From assembly GCA_951406725.2 (NCBI GenBank), contig OX597834.1, forward strand, positions 21,390,001-21,454,000: a stretch of 64,000 nt of DNA. The letters are read 5' to 3'. This DNA is from Octopus vulgaris (lineage: Eukaryota). The notes under the pieces are model-generated. The model saw nothing but the letters and a program-made list of their open reading frames with translations. It did no database searches and was not told where the DNA came from. This document shows positions 50,444-63,816 of the stretch, one piece after another. A program made the translations under genes and the position numbers. Positions within the stretch are counted from its first letter, which is position 1. Each line of letters opens with the position of its first letter.

Positions 50444-50789
50444 TTCCAAAATAACAATAAACAAGGATTAGGGTTGTTTGTTCAAAATCGTTTAAGGTGG
50501 TGCTCCAGCATGGCCACCATCAACTGACTGCAATAAGTGAAAGACTGTAACAGAAACACTAAAAGATGTGTAGATGTAAATTTTATGGCATTTTAAAGAC
50601 CAGCAAATGACAACATATAATGACATCGTAATGATTCACACACATGTGTGCCTGTATATAAATATTCTACACACACACATATAAATAGTATTTTAATGGT
50701 CTTTTGATGATAGTGTCTGTTTAATGAATAAAAAAAAATTAAAATAAGCTAAAGTGAATATACTTTTTTTAATCGAAATCCACACAAAT

Positions 50790-51385
50790 AGCCGTCCACC
50801 TCCGGTTTGGTAATTCAAATTTCTGGTTTTCGAGTGATCTAAATTAAAATCTTCCATCAAAACTTTCACCACTTTAATTTATATTCTAAATCCTGTCTTA
50901 ATGACGGATGGAAACTGTGTTGAAGCCAGTTGTAGGTATATGCTTTTCAATGTGTGTGTGAATGTGTGTATGTGTGTGTACCCTTATCTGGATGACTGGA
51001 TGATGATGATGATGACAATGATGATGATGATGATGACGACGATGTCAATGATGATGACAATGATGATGATGATGACGACAATGATGATGACGATGACAAT
51101 GATGATGATGATGACGACGACGATGTCAATGATGATGATGATGACGATACACTTATTTTGCAATATTCTTCATTATGTTTCAAAAGAATTTGTAGCAAAG
51201 GGTAATGTATTTCAACAGAGATATGGTAACAAAAGGGTTAAAGTGATCTAAATGAAAACCTCCTGTAAGAATTTCATTTTTGATTTATATTCCAAACGTC
51301 ATCTGGAATAGTAACAAAGTAATTTTTGTAAATTCTTCGTTATTTACAAAATTAATTGAAATGGAGGCCAGTGTACTTTAACAGA
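50790..51385. mobile_element. TTAA-type MITE family 2 pieces with an internal inverted duplication
   Basis: GTGATCTAAATTAAAATCTTCCATC...; end GGTAACAAAAGGG-TTAA at about 51241; insert at about 50902-51145. Confidence 0.6.
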
Positions 51386-51515
51386 AATCAGCATCATCAT
51401 CATCATCATTGACATCATCATCATCATCGTCATCATCATCATCATCCAGTCATCCAGATAAGGGTACACACACACACACAAAAACACACACACACACATA
51501 TTCATACATTCACAC

Positions 51516-51848
51516 ATCATCATCATCGTTTAACGTCCGCTTTCCATGCTAGCATGGGTTGGACGGTTCAACTGGGGTCTGGGAAGCCCAAAGGCTGCAC
51601 CAGGCCAGTCAGATCTGGCAGTGTTTCTACAGCTGGATGCCCTTCCTAACACACATATAAAAGCATATACCTACAACTGGATTCAACACAGTTTCCATCC
51701 GTCAAATTCATTCGCAAGGCTTTCGCTGGCCCAGGGTTATAGTAAAAGATACTTCACTGAGCTGCCACACTGCGGGATTGATTCCAAAATCCACCTGGTT
51801 AGGACCCAAGCTTCTTAACCACACGCCCACACCCACACCTACGCCTAT
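51516..51848 (-). mobile_element. Family C 3' fragment (51516-51650) plus old family A head (51652-51848)
   Basis: CATCGTTTAACGTCCGCTTTCCATGCTAGC; AAGCTTCTTAACCACACGCCCAC. Confidence 0.75.
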
Positions 51849-52608
51849 GATAACAAAAAAGGGTTGACAACCTAAAAAGCTACCAATTTCCTCCTCTCCA
51901 CCTATGACCACACCTTTGAGAGCAACGCTTCTACACAACTTAGTCCATGACTTAAACACAGTAAAAGTAAATGAAGACAAGACCATTTTTTGTGAGGGGA
52001 GGGAAAGGGTTTTTTGATGGGGGGCGGTTATGGAATAGGAAAAGTTCCTCTTTTCTTTACTCTACCTGCTGCCCTTGCCACAAAAGATTAGGGTTGCGTA
52101 ATAGAAAACACCCTTTTGCCTTTAATTTCTCTCATCTGAAAGGTTACCAAACAACTGATTCGAGATAAACAATCGCATGACTTTTCATTTTTATCCCTGT
52201 TTCTTTATAATGTTTCATCACCACCACCGCCCACCACCAACAACAACAACAACACCACCACCACCACTTTCCTCTTGTAGATGTATACATACAGCTTCGT
52301 GTTTGCTTTATTGCTTAGAATATATATATATTTGATGCATGCACGCGTGTGTGTGTGTGTGTATCTATGTGTGTATGTATGTAAGTACACATGTATAAAT
52401 GTATATATATGTATATATATGTATATATATATATATATATATATGTATAAATATATATATAGATGTATATATATGTTTATATGTATGTATACATGTAAGT
52501 ATTCATACACATATACATACATATACACACATATATACATGTGTGTGTACAAATATATAGGTATATTATATATATATATATATATATATATGATATGTAT
52601 GTATATGT

Positions 52609-52667
<59 letters not shown>

Positions 52668-53149
52668 CGTAGATATATATAATGTTTGCATGTACATATA
52701 TGTACTCACACAAAACACACCTTTTAGTTTCAGGTAAGTTTTCGGTTCTGTCCTTGATGCAGTAAATGAAATAATAGCAACTTAGAGATTTTCTTCTAAA
52801 TACCAGAAGTTCAGAGTCGTCATTAACCTTCCTTGTGTTTATAACATTTGTATATGGAAGCAAGAAAAATTTCTTTAAACAAAAGAAGCTGGCTCAGAAA
52901 GATTCTTTCCCCTTCCTCAGACCGTTTTTACCTTTCCTCAATGAAAATCTACTTAAGCTGTTGTAAAATTCTTGGAACAATACATCCATCTGTAGTTTCC
53001 ATAAGCAAATGTTGCCATGCTATCCGTTTTCATGCCTTGCTAAAAATACTTTGTGTTTAGAGGGCGGGGGAAAAACAAATAACAGAATCAGATTTCAGAA
53101 TTGAATATATCGTCATCATCATCTTCAGTGTAGTTGCCGTCCTCATCCA

Positions 53150-53370
53150 GCATCTGTTTTCCATGCTGGCATGGGTGGGTTGGGCAGTTCGGTTAGAGAT
53201 GGCAAGCTGGGGACCTGCACCAGGTTCCAGTTGTGTGTTTTGGCTTGTTTCTACGGCTGGATGTCCTTCCGATAGCTTGATGCCCTTCCTAACACCAACC
53301 ACTTTACAGAGTGTACTGGGCACCATTTATGTGGCACCAACAGGGGAGCCTTTTTATGTGACACCAGCAT
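53150..53370 (-). mobile_element. Old family C element
   Basis: TTTTCCATGCTGGCATGGG...GATGCCCTTCCTAACACCAACCAC. Confidence 0.7.
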
Positions 53371-53467
53371 GAGTATTTTTTGCATTGCATGCACACACAG
53401 ACATGCGCACATGCATATTCTTTCAGTGCTGTCTGTCAGAAGAATGAATTCAGTGTACATATGTATA

Positions 53468-53702
53468 CAGGTTGGGCCAATAGTTACCTGACAGTAAATC
53501 AAGACCCCATTTAATTCCAAGATTAAAACAAAAAATTATTTTACATGAGACTTTGCTAATAAATAGAAAACGGTTGGAAAAAAATAGTGATTTTAACTCA
53601 CAGTATTCAATTATTAAACATTCATAATTGGAATGAATAAATAAAATTGAATATTAAGTATTTATGAATTTTGATTTACTGTCAGGTGACTTTTGGCCAA
53701 CC

Positions 53703-53705
<3 letters not shown>
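53468..53705. mobile_element. Tc1/mariner-type MITE
   Basis: About 35-bp imperfect TIRs CAGGTTGGGCCAATAGTTACCTGACAGTAAATCAA / TTGATTTACTGTCAGGTGACTTTTGGCCAACCCTG; TA on both sides. Confidence 0.8.
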
Positions 53706-53732
<27 letters not shown>

Positions 53733-53736
<4 letters not shown>

Positions 53737-53890
53737 AGAGTTTACGAAAAAAACAACAAAAGACGAAGACAGGTGGTGTACAAAACAAACAGATGTATTA
53801 GTATAACGCTCAGGAATAGAAAAAGTCTTTTACATTTCGAGCCTACACTCTTTTACAAAAAAGGGACACAAAAAAGGGACAGAGAAAAAA
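53733..53890 (-). mobile_element. F1 Penelope-like remnant, degenerate
   Basis: GGGAGAGTTTACGAAAA...GTCTTTTACATTTCGAGCCTACACTCTT. Confidence 0.6.
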
Positions 53891-53894
53891 TTGT

Positions 53895-54050
53895 AACCCC
53901 AGGGCTTATTTATTGTAATCCTGGTACTTATTCTATCGGACTCTTTTGCCGAAGCGCTTAGTTATGGGGGACATGAACACACCAACATCGGTTGTCAAGC
54001 AATGGTTGGGGGACAAACACAGACAGACAAATACATACATACATATATGC

Positions 54051-54086
<36 letters not shown>

Positions 54087-54246
54087 GATGGGCTTCTTTC
54101 AGTTTCCATCTACAAATCTACTCACAAGGCTCTGGTTGGCCTGAGGCTATAGTTGAAGACACTTGCCCAAAGGTGCCACACAGTGGGACATAACCCGGAA
54201 CCATGTTGTTAGTTAGCAAGCTACTTACCACACAGCCACTCCGCCT
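53895..54246 (-). mobile_element. SINE family A lacking 3' tail
   Basis: Colinear with family A through CTTACCACACAGCCACTCCGCC. Confidence 0.85.
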
Positions 54247-54835
54247 ATACATATATACATTTGTAGATATATATATGTATATATAGTATATATATATGTG
54301 TGTGTGTCTGTCCGTGTGTATATGTGTATATATGTATGTATATATATATATATATACATACCTACACATACATACATGCACACATATTTATACATATACA
54401 CTCGGTGGATTTCTCTTTGATAATATTATACAATTGTTGTTTATGATTTTATCCTCCCCAGTATATCATATACCCTATCATGTGCTATGGATGCTAATCA
54501 ATCAATAAAGCATCAAACGATACAATTTCTTTGATCAAGGGTGGCAATGGTGACGGGGTGGGGGTGGGGGTGGAAGTAGGAAAAAAAGATACAAACAAAA
54601 AATGAAAAGAAAAACCAAACTAATAAGTCCCACCACCACCACCATTACCAACAGCACCACCACCACCACCAGCAGCAGCAGCACTAAAACACAACCAAAA
54701 CCAATTGTGAATTATCTTTAACTTCATAGAGTAACTGTTTTATGAAATGGCCAAAAGGGAGGCATTTGTTTTTTTGCCTTCTCGGAAGAAAGGATTATTA
54801 AAACAACTACAACAACGACAAAGTTAAAAACACCC

Positions 54836-54866
<31 letters not shown>

Positions 54867-55470
54867 GGAAAATCAATCCCTGTTTACTTAATAGTGCTCA
54901 TTAGAGAAGCTAATGAGCTGGATCTAGCTATTTAATTAGGTGTGAAATATTCACATCAGAAGAAATGGTTGCCATTTTATGTTCATATTCCAAAAAAAAA
55001 ACCAAACCCAGAAGCAAAGCCTTTTTTTTTCTTGCTTTCTTTTTTCATATTGTTTCTGTGTTTTGTTTTTTGGTTTTTTCGGGGTTATTTTTTTTTTTTT
55101 TTTTTCTGCATTTGTTATTAAGAATAAATCTTGCAATCAAGATGTTTTCATTGTTTTTGTATTTTATTTGGATGGATTCGGGTGGAGGTGGCCGGGGGGG
55201 GGGGGTTTGAAAGGCGAAAAAGGAAAAATAGAAATAAAAGCTGTACAGAAATTATTTTCATTATTATTGTTATTAATAATAATGATGATAATAATGATGA
55301 TATGGATATTATTGTTGTTGTTGTTATGTTATGTAACGTTTGTTATATCCGTCGATGTGATTTAGAAACATATTTCTCTCAATAACAAGTTCAAATTGAA
55401 GTTATTCATAATTTTTTAAAATATACATACACTGCTTGAATGTAGTCTTCATAGCTTTGATTAAATGTGT

Positions 55471-55884
55471 ACTCTTTTACTCTTATACTTGTTTCAGTCA
55501 TTTGACTGCGGCCATGCTGGAGCACCGCCTTTAGTCGAGCAAATCGACCCCGGGACTTATTCTTTGTAAGCCCAGTACTTATTCTATTGGTCTCTTTTGC
55601 CGAACCGCTAAGTGACGGGGACATAAACACACCAGCATCGGTTGTCAAGCAATGCTAGGGGGACAAACACAGACACACAAACACATACACACACATATAT
55701 ATATATATACATACATATATACGATAGGCGTCTTTCAGTTTCCATCTACCAAATCCACTCACAAGGCATTGGTTGGCCCGGGGCTATAGTAGAAGACACT
55801 TGCCCAAGATGCCACGCTGTGGAACTGAACTCGGAACCATGTGGTTGGTTAGCAAGCTACTTACCACACAGCCACTCCTGCACC
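55471..55884 (-). mobile_element. SINE family A, full length
   Basis: Full match; very similar to 23363-23763. Confidence 0.9.
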
Positions 55885-55919
55885 TGTGTGTATATAATTT
55901 ACATACACAGACATATATA

Positions 55920-56136
55920 TCCTTTTCTACTCTAGGCACAAAGCCCAAAATTTTGGGGGAGAGGGCTAATCGATTAGATCGACCTCAGTGCATGACTGTT
56001 ACTTAATTTTTCAAACCCGAAAGGATTAAAGGCAAAGTCAACATTGGCAGAATTTGAACTCAGAACGTAAAGACAGACGAAGTACCACTAAGCGTTTCAC
56101 CTGGCATGCTAACGTTTCTGCCACCTCGCTGCCTTC
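55920..56136 (-). mobile_element. SINE family B
   Basis: GGCAGAATTTGAACTCAGAACG...CGTTTCTGCCACCTCGCTGCCTT. Confidence 0.75.
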
Positions 56137-56150
56137 CACACACATATATA

Positions 56151-56965
56151 TCATCATCATCCATTTTTTCCATGCTGGCATGGGTTGGAAGGCTTGAAAG
56201 GAGCTGGCCAACCAAAGAGCTGCACTAAGCTCAATTGTCTATTTCAGCAAGGTTTCTATGGCTGGATGCCCTTTCTAATGCCAACCACTTTACCGATTGT
56301 ACTGCATGCCGTTTACATGGCACCTGTACAGATTCTTCTTGCATGCTACCAGCCTGGGTGCTTTTTACATGACACCAATAACGATGCTTCTTACATGGCA
56401 CCAGCACAGGTACGTTTACATTTTTACAAGGTACCAGTATAGGTAATTTTGACATGGCACCAACATAGGTGGTCCTTAAGTCGAACCACCATGGTTGCCT
56501 CTAACGTGGCACTAGTACAGGTGTTTTTTGCATGGTACCAGCTATATCATCATCATCATCCTCATCATCATTTAACGTCCGTTTTCCATGCTAGCATGGG
56601 TTGGACGGTTCAACCGGGGTCTGGAAAGCCATGGATGCTGCACCAGGCTCCAGTCTGATTTGGCAGTGTTTCTACAGCTGGATGCCCTCCCTAACGCCAA
56701 CCACTCCGTGAGTGTAGTGGGTGTTTTTTACGTGCCACCGGCACAGGAGCCAGAACGGGCTGGCAAACGGCCATGATCGGTTGGTGCTTTTACATGTCAC
56801 CGACAAGGATGCCAGTCAGGCGACGCTAGTAACTGCCACGCTCGAATGGTGCTTTTTACGTGTCACCGGCACGGGTGTCTTAACTACAATTTCCATTTGA
56901 ATTTTTTGATGTTGACGAACTTAACTCAACAGGTCTCCTCAAGAACAGCGGGTCACTCTACGATG
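56151..56965 (-). mobile_element. Two adjacent family C elements (old 56151-56540, younger 56550-56965)
   Basis: Two (ATC)n tails and two GGATGCCCT..CTAA.GCCAACCAC cores. Confidence 0.8.
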
Positions 56966-57340
56966 TTCTTTGATATTCTTTTAACCATTAAATTCAAAAC
57001 CCACTAATTCCTCCCATAAAAACCATCAATTTATTAAGCTTCACTAAATTTAAACAAGTGTAGTCAAACATTATTACATGTCTTTTCGCAATGGTTAATT
57101 TTAACAGTTTTTAATTAAACTAATTACCTGATTACAAAACGAATAATTATCTCAGATTACACAATCTGGTTCACCTTATTATCCTTACTTGCAAACAACC
57201 CCTTTTCAATCGCTATAACCTCTTTTATTTCCTCAACTCCTGTTTCAATTTATTTTAATGTTGGTCTATAATAATTATTGTTTTAGATTATAATCTAATA
57301 TATTCATTCCTGCTCACAGTTCTTTTTGGTTTAATAGTCA

Positions 57341-57465
57341 CAGGCGTGGCTGTGTGGTTAAGAAGTTTGCTTGCAAACCACGTTGTTTGGGTTTCAATCT
57401 CACTGCTTGGTATTTTGGCCAAAGTCTTGTGACTGGTTTGGGTAAACGGAAACTGTAGCAATCAC

Positions 57466-57507
<42 letters not shown>

Positions 57508-57725
57508 TGTGTGATCCCTTTTTTTTGTCATTGTGTGATAATTCTAAGAGAGTGTCCCCCTCATACAAGTTGTGTCCTTTGTTTCCAGTTTTACTGGGCT
57601 TACTTATGTGACCGCCCAGAAATATTGCTGGAAAGCAGCTGAGGGTCGGCAGCAGGAAGGGCATCTGGTTGTAGAACATCTGACCCCCGGGAAGCATGAG
57701 AAAGTGGATGCTAAAATGATGGTGA
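57341..57725 (+). mobile_element. Old family A head and old family C 3' piece
   Basis: CAGGCGTGGCTGTGTGGTTAAGAAGTTTGC; GGCAGCAGGAAGGGCATCTGGTTGTAGAA. Confidence 0.6.
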
Positions 57726-58367
57726 TGGACGTGATGATGGTGATTAAGATGATGAGGATGGTGTTGATGATAGCAACAATAACAATATGATGATGATGAT
57801 GATGATGGAAATGATGATGATAATGATGATAATAATGGTGGTAATAGTGGCAGTAACAGTGAAGAAGAAGAAGATGATGACAACGATGACGACATGTTTT
57901 CCCCGTGTTATTTAACTTGATAACATGGTTATCTCACAACAAGTAACAAATTGCTCCAAGTAGCAACAAACACTTCACAAATCACACAGCCAATCAATAT
58001 ATAATTAACACAAACTATTATTAACGACACAAACCAACTTTGTATTTTCAGGATATTTTAAGATGCTCGCATGTTTTATATTCCTTTGTTTGTACACCTT
58101 AACAAGTTTAAGGCGTTTTGTACATCTTATCCAAAGATTTCTAACATTTTTACATATCTCACTCATTTTAATCTTCGTTAATATTAACCCTATAATTATT
58201 TATATTGTAGCTTATAATTTCGATGAATTCATTTTCACTGTTTTCTTTTTAATTGGATTTTGTATATTCTCTTCGTATCATTAATTAGTGTTGTTCTCTC
58301 AACATAGACTCAACAGCTCTTAGCAAAAACACTGCTGTTTACTCAGTAACTTTACTCGTGTACTCAC

Positions 58368-58620
58368 AAAGGTGCATGGCTCAGCAGTTAGAGCGTCGGA
58401 CTCAATCAGGAGGTAGTGAGTTTGATTCCCCGACTGGGTTCTGTGTTGTGTCCTTGAGCAAGAATGTTATCTCATGTTGCTGCAGTTCACTCAGTTGTAC
58501 CTGTAATTCAAAGGGGAGTGGGGTAGCATTGTCACATTCCATCCAAATGAAAATCCTTGAGAACAACATGAAGGGTAGATCTGTCTGTGGAGTACTCAGC
58601 CACTTGCTTGTTAATTTCAT
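58368..58620 (+). mobile_element. Old family D-related SINE
   Basis: GGTGCATGGCTCAGCAGTTAGAGCGTCGGACTC...GTTGTGTCCTTGAGCAAG...CAGTTCACTCAG. Confidence 0.65.
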
Positions 58621-58895
58621 TCTTTCTCTTTCATGTCCACATTTAACCCCTCTCTCTCTCTCTCTTTCCCTCTCCCCCTCTCTCTTTCTCCTTCTCTCTC
58701 TCTCTCTTTCTCTCACTGGTTATGGTTATATTATGCTGTGAGAAGGATCTTGGGCACCTCAAATGCCAAATCTTTCTCCAAAAGGGTAGCATAAGGGGCT
58801 GGAGTCTAAAAGTTTTTCCTCAAAGCAAAACTGATATATTGCAAGAAATCTCAAAAAATGGCCTTACATGTAATATGACTTGGAACAGGAATTAT

Positions 58896-58930
<35 letters not shown>

Positions 58931-59002
58931 ATACATATATATATATTTAAATGTGCATACAAATATACATGTAATATATATATATATATATATATGTATA
59001 TA

Positions 59003-59165
59003 TCTTCAAAGAAATGAGGTACTCAGAAAATCGGATGGTTTATATTTACAGATATTTATTTGTATATTATATTTTTTATATATCATATAACTTAGATCAT
59101 GTATTAGCGCTTTCTCCCATTCTAGTGGGGTTTTCAAATCAAACTAAGTTCCTGTGTGAAAAGTT
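59003..59165 (-). mobile_element. (TA)n-embedded remnant F3 with degenerate hammerhead-like motif
   Basis: Minus strand of 59101-59141: TGAT-TTGAAAA-CCCC-ACTAGAAT-GGGA-GAA-AGCGCT-A-ATAC. Confidence 0.4.
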
Positions 59166-59183
59166 TATATATATGGAGGTGTA

Positions 59184-59216
<33 letters not shown>

Positions 59217-59251
59217 GGGGATGTATGTGTGCATATATATATTTACGTATG

Positions 59252-59296
<45 letters not shown>

Positions 59297-60006
59297 ATGT
59301 ATATAGATGAGTACATGTTGGGAGTCACATGCACATTTATTCCGAATCCACATGACTAAGTAGTTAATTGCCTATCTGCTAAAATCTGCAATCATTTCTC
59401 TTTTAAACAAATAAACTTTTCTTTCATATTTCCCCCCTATCAACCACCCCCTCCCCATCAACCACCATCTCTGCCACCACCACCACCACCACCACCACCA
59501 CCACCACAACCATCACCTTCTTTTAAAATATCTGACTCCTTGTTTATTTATTTCATCATACATTTTTTTTTTTTTGGTTTTTTGGTTTTTCAGAATATTC
59601 TTTTTTGAAATGGTTTTTTTTTTGTTTTTTCCCCTCCCCCCACTTCCAATTACTAGGTAAAGATTAGGGTGTTTCCCCTGTTTCTCCCCACTTCCCTCCA
59701 CCCACTCCACACCATCCTGTAAAATAAATACAGGTGGAGCAGGGTGGGGCAAAGAGCCAACAAAAATAAATAATAATGAAATTATTATTAGATTAAATAA
59801 TATCTTTAAAAGGGGTTTATTTATCAGTGGAGATGCTCCAGCATGGCCATAGCCTTATGGCTGAAACATATACAAGAATAAAAGAGTATTTCATTTAAAT
59901 CTAAAAAGTTCTATAGTAACTAAAGCGGAAAACAAATTTTTTACAGTTATTATAAATTTTCTTCTTGCGCCAAAATTTGAAACCATTATTATTTATTATA
60001 ACTATT

Positions 60007-60009
<3 letters not shown>

Positions 60010-60044
<35 letters not shown>

Positions 60045-60365
60045 GTTTAACGTCCGCTTTCCATGCTAGCACAGGTTGGATGGTTCAACTGGGGTCTGGG
60101 AAGCCAGAAGGCTGCACCAGGCTCCAGTCAGCTCTGGCAGTGTTTCTACGGCTGGATGCCCTTCCTAACGCCAACCACTCCGTGAGTGTAGTGGGTGCTT
60201 TTTATGTGCCACCGACACAGGTGCCAGACGAGGCTGGCAAACAGCCACGCTCAGATGGTGCTTTTTACGTGCCACCGGCACGAAGGCTAGGCAAGTCTGG
60301 CAACGGCCACGATCGGATGGTGTTTGTTACGTGCCACCGGCACGGAGGCCAGGCGATGCGCCGCT
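60010..60365 (-). mobile_element. Young family C element
   Basis: (ATC)n tail, intact CGTTTAACGTCCGCTTTCCATGCTAGC, three internal modules. Confidence 0.85.
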
Positions 60366-60451
60366 ATATTAAATTAGCAAGGATGTTGTCTTGATGTCTA
60401 GCAACAACAAATCTCCTTTAATTCGAAGAATACTTCTCAGAAGGGGTTCTT

Positions 60452-60606
60452 TACCCTTTGCCCGATGTACATATAATGGCATGGAGAGGAGAGGCTGGTA
60501 TGCATGGGCAAATGTTGGTCTTCCATGAAAAACCTTGCCCAGACTTGTGTCGATGAGAGGAACTTTCTAGGTGCAACCCATGGTCACTCATGATCAAAGG
60601 GGTCTT
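60452..60606 (+). mobile_element. Family D 3' fragment
   Basis: GGAGAGGAGAGGCTGGTATGCATGGGC...CTAGGTGCAACCCATGGTCA. Confidence 0.7.
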
Positions 60607-60681
60607 TAATCTGAACGTTAATGGCTTAAATTTAACAAAAATTAAATTTACTAGCATAATTAAATGTAATACAGTTACCCG

Positions 60682-61027
60682 TAGTGGCGGACTGGCCAGG
60701 TGGCCGGCTTGCCTGATGGTAAGTGGACACCTGCACCATTAGAATCCATAAGTGGGGGCCCATGTTAGTATCTAAGGAGCCCATCCCCTCAAGTTTGAGA
60801 ATTTTTTTTTGACTCCTGGAAGAATGCATCAATTATTTCAGCCTGGCTCTGTTTGTAGACATTTGAAAAGAATATTTTTAACAAAAAAAAAATAATAATA
60901 ATAAATAAATGATGGCATTATAGTTGAGGGTGGGCCCCCTTGTAGTTGCAGGAGGGTCTCCTTATAGTTGTAAGTGGACCCCCTTAGTCTCCTGGCAACC
61001 AATATTTTTAGACCCAGTTTGCCACTG
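60682..61027. mobile_element. hAT-like MITE with GGGCCC subterminal motifs
   Basis: TAGTGGCGGACTGG...CCAGTTTGCCACTG imperfect TIRs; TSD only partial. Confidence 0.55.
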
Positions 61028-61038
61028 GTTATCTATAT

Positions 61039-61239
61039 CAGTGGTTTTCAACCAGGGTTCTGCCAGTACAGTCCAGGGGTTCCGCAAGAAGTTACAAAAC
61101 TGCTAAAATCAGCAGTAATTTTTAATTTTCCTGTGCAGATATGTGTGCATAAGACCATTAAATTATTGCACATGGATTCCCCAAGCCAGTGGAATGTTTC
61201 CTTGGGGTTCCGCTCCAGCAAAAAGTTTGAAAAGCACTG
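61039..61239. mobile_element. hAT (Charlie-type) MITE, second copy
   Basis: Reverse complement of 139-357; TSD ATCTATAT / ATCTATAC. Confidence 0.85.
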
Positions 61240-61744
61240 ATCTATACATTAGTTTAAATGATGCAAGTTTATTAATCCTGTGTATTTGAAGGTGCATGGC
61301 CTAATGGTTTGGGGTTGCAATTCCTAGACTGAGTGGTGCATTGTATCCTTTAGTAAAACACTTCATCTCATATTCCCTTGCAATTATGTCAACACCTGAT
61401 ATGTGCTACACCGTGCACCTGTTCAGATATTGTTGATTTAATAGAGGGAACGGACTAATGTACAGCATAAACATTTGATCTGTATAAACGAATCATTTGT
61501 GTGTGCAGAACCAACCCTCTTCTGGACTACAAGAGACTGCCATACACTATCGCTGCACTCTGCAAACTATTAGTAAACTAGTCTGGTGGCCACAAGAATT
61601 TGAAGTCCCGTTGTAGATTATAACTGATTCCAGACCATCAGTGTTCAGAAAGCTAATCTGGTACCTGTACCATTGACATTACTGATTAAAAAAACTCCCA
61701 GTTTTCACTGTTGCACTTTAGAGGAGGTACCATGGGCTGTAGGG

Positions 61745-62057
61745 TGGAGTGAATAAAAAAAAAATTGTGGATATTTTAAATGCCTGAGGACTAAAATGTA
61801 GCTAAATTCGATTACAAGAAAAATGCAAAATTTTGAGATCAATTAAGGTCATTTACTCCCAGAAGCCTCCTAAACCCTAAAAATGGAGGATTTTTGTAAA
61901 TTTTTTTTACGATAGCAGAGCTAGCGGGATTTGAGGGAGTAAATGACCTTCACTGATCTAAGCCAAAATTTTGAATTTTTTCTAGTAATTATAGATTTCA
62001 GGCTTCAGGCATTTTCAATTTCCACAATTTTTTATTTTTTATTTTCATTCCACTCCA
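61745..62057. mobile_element. Foldback MITE-like element with long imperfect inverted arms
   Basis: AAGGTCATTTACTCCC / GGGAGTAAATGACCTT, CAAAATTTTG, ATGCCTGA / TCAGGCAT and AAAATTGTGGA / TCCACAATTTT pair in order. Confidence 0.6.
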
Positions 62058-62767
62058 ATGGTCAATCCAAAGGATGGTCATGGTTATTACCAATTGTGAA
62101 TTATTTGTTAATTATATGCAACTGCTTCTGACTGTCTTTGTCTCGTGTCTTTTACCTGTATCAGTCATTCGACTGAGGTCATGCTGGAGCACTGCCTACC
62201 ATGTTTTTATTTATTTACCGTTTTTTTCCTTTTTAACCCAATTCAACCAACCGACTTAAACAGAAACTTGTCTCCCTAACCCCGTCCCCTTCGCACCCAA
62301 TACCTCTCACCAACCGACACACAATGCATGCATCCAACCGGCTCCCTCCCACCCTTACCCCCTATTCGCCACCCCACCCCCGCCCTTCACCCATTTGCTG
62401 TAACTTCATCCTGTTCTACTTCCCTAGAAGTCAGTAATTTGAGCAGAACCAGACAAACTCTTTATAGCATTGTTTTATCTGAAGTGTATTACACACACAC
62501 ATATATACACACACACACACACACATATATATATACACACACACACGCACATATACACACACATACACACACACACACATACATATATATACACACACAC
62601 ACACACACATACACACGCACACACACATACACACACACACATACATACACATAAACATATGTGTGTGCACGTGCATGTGTGTGTGTGTGTGTGTACATAT
62701 GTTCGTGCATGTGTGTGTGTACACGTGTATATATATATATAAGTTCATGTGTGTGTATATGTGTATG

Positions 62768-62813
<46 letters not shown>

Positions 62814-62936
62814 TATATGGACAGTAATCTGATACAGTTCTCATTAGTATGTAAAGGTGTTTAAGGTGACGGGAGGGCACCTGAAGAGGGGGGAGGGGGA
62901 TGGCAGATGATAAAGAGTGAGGCCGACCATGCATGC

Positions 62937-62973
<37 letters not shown>

Positions 62974-63197
62974 CGCACACTTCACAGATGTGTGCAGATA
63001 CCTCTATATATATATATACAGGGTGTGAGGAAGGATAGAAACAGATTTACATGCCCCGCCCCCTCCCCACCCAACTTGCGCTGCCTGCCACCACCCCCAC
63101 CCTCCATCTTAGCCGAAATTATTCTTTCACCAGGTACTCATTTACAGTACCCTGTGTCAAGGTTTGGGTAGAGAAAGCGTGCCCTTCCTCAACACCG

Positions 63198-63393
63198 TTG
63201 TCATTATCATTATCATCATCATCATTATCGTCTTCGTCATCTTCATCATCATCATCGTCTTCATCATCATCATCAACATCATCATTGTCTTCATCATCAT
63301 CATCATCATCATTATTAGGACAATATACCATCCTATTCCTACAACCATCATCATCATCATCATCATCATAATTATCATCAACAACATGATTGC

Positions 63394-63425
<32 letters not shown>

Positions 63426-63527
63426 GGTTCTATCAGGATTATCCCTTTCATTTATATATAGCATTACTGTTTAACTAATTCTGTAGTCGATGATGATGAC
63501 GATGATGATGATAATGATGATGACGAC

Positions 63528-63562
<35 letters not shown>

Positions 63563-63568
63563 CGATGT

Positions 63569-63607
<39 letters not shown>

Positions 63608-63785
63608 CTATGATTATGACAATGTTGATGATGATGATGATGATGACAGTGATGATGATGACAATGTTGATGCTGCTGCTGCTGCTGATGATGATGATGA
63701 CTATGATTATGACAATGTTGATGATGATGATGATGTTCATGATGATGATGATGATCCCGATGATGCCGATGCAAAAGCCTATGCT

Positions 63786-63816
<31 letters not shown>

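Noticed and set aside
60190-60350. CRISPR-like repeat-spacer look of GGTGCTTTTTACGTGCCACCGGCAC modules
   Set aside because: Internal modules of a dispersed retroposon; the spacers are homologous to one another, there are no cas genes, and the context is eukaryotic.
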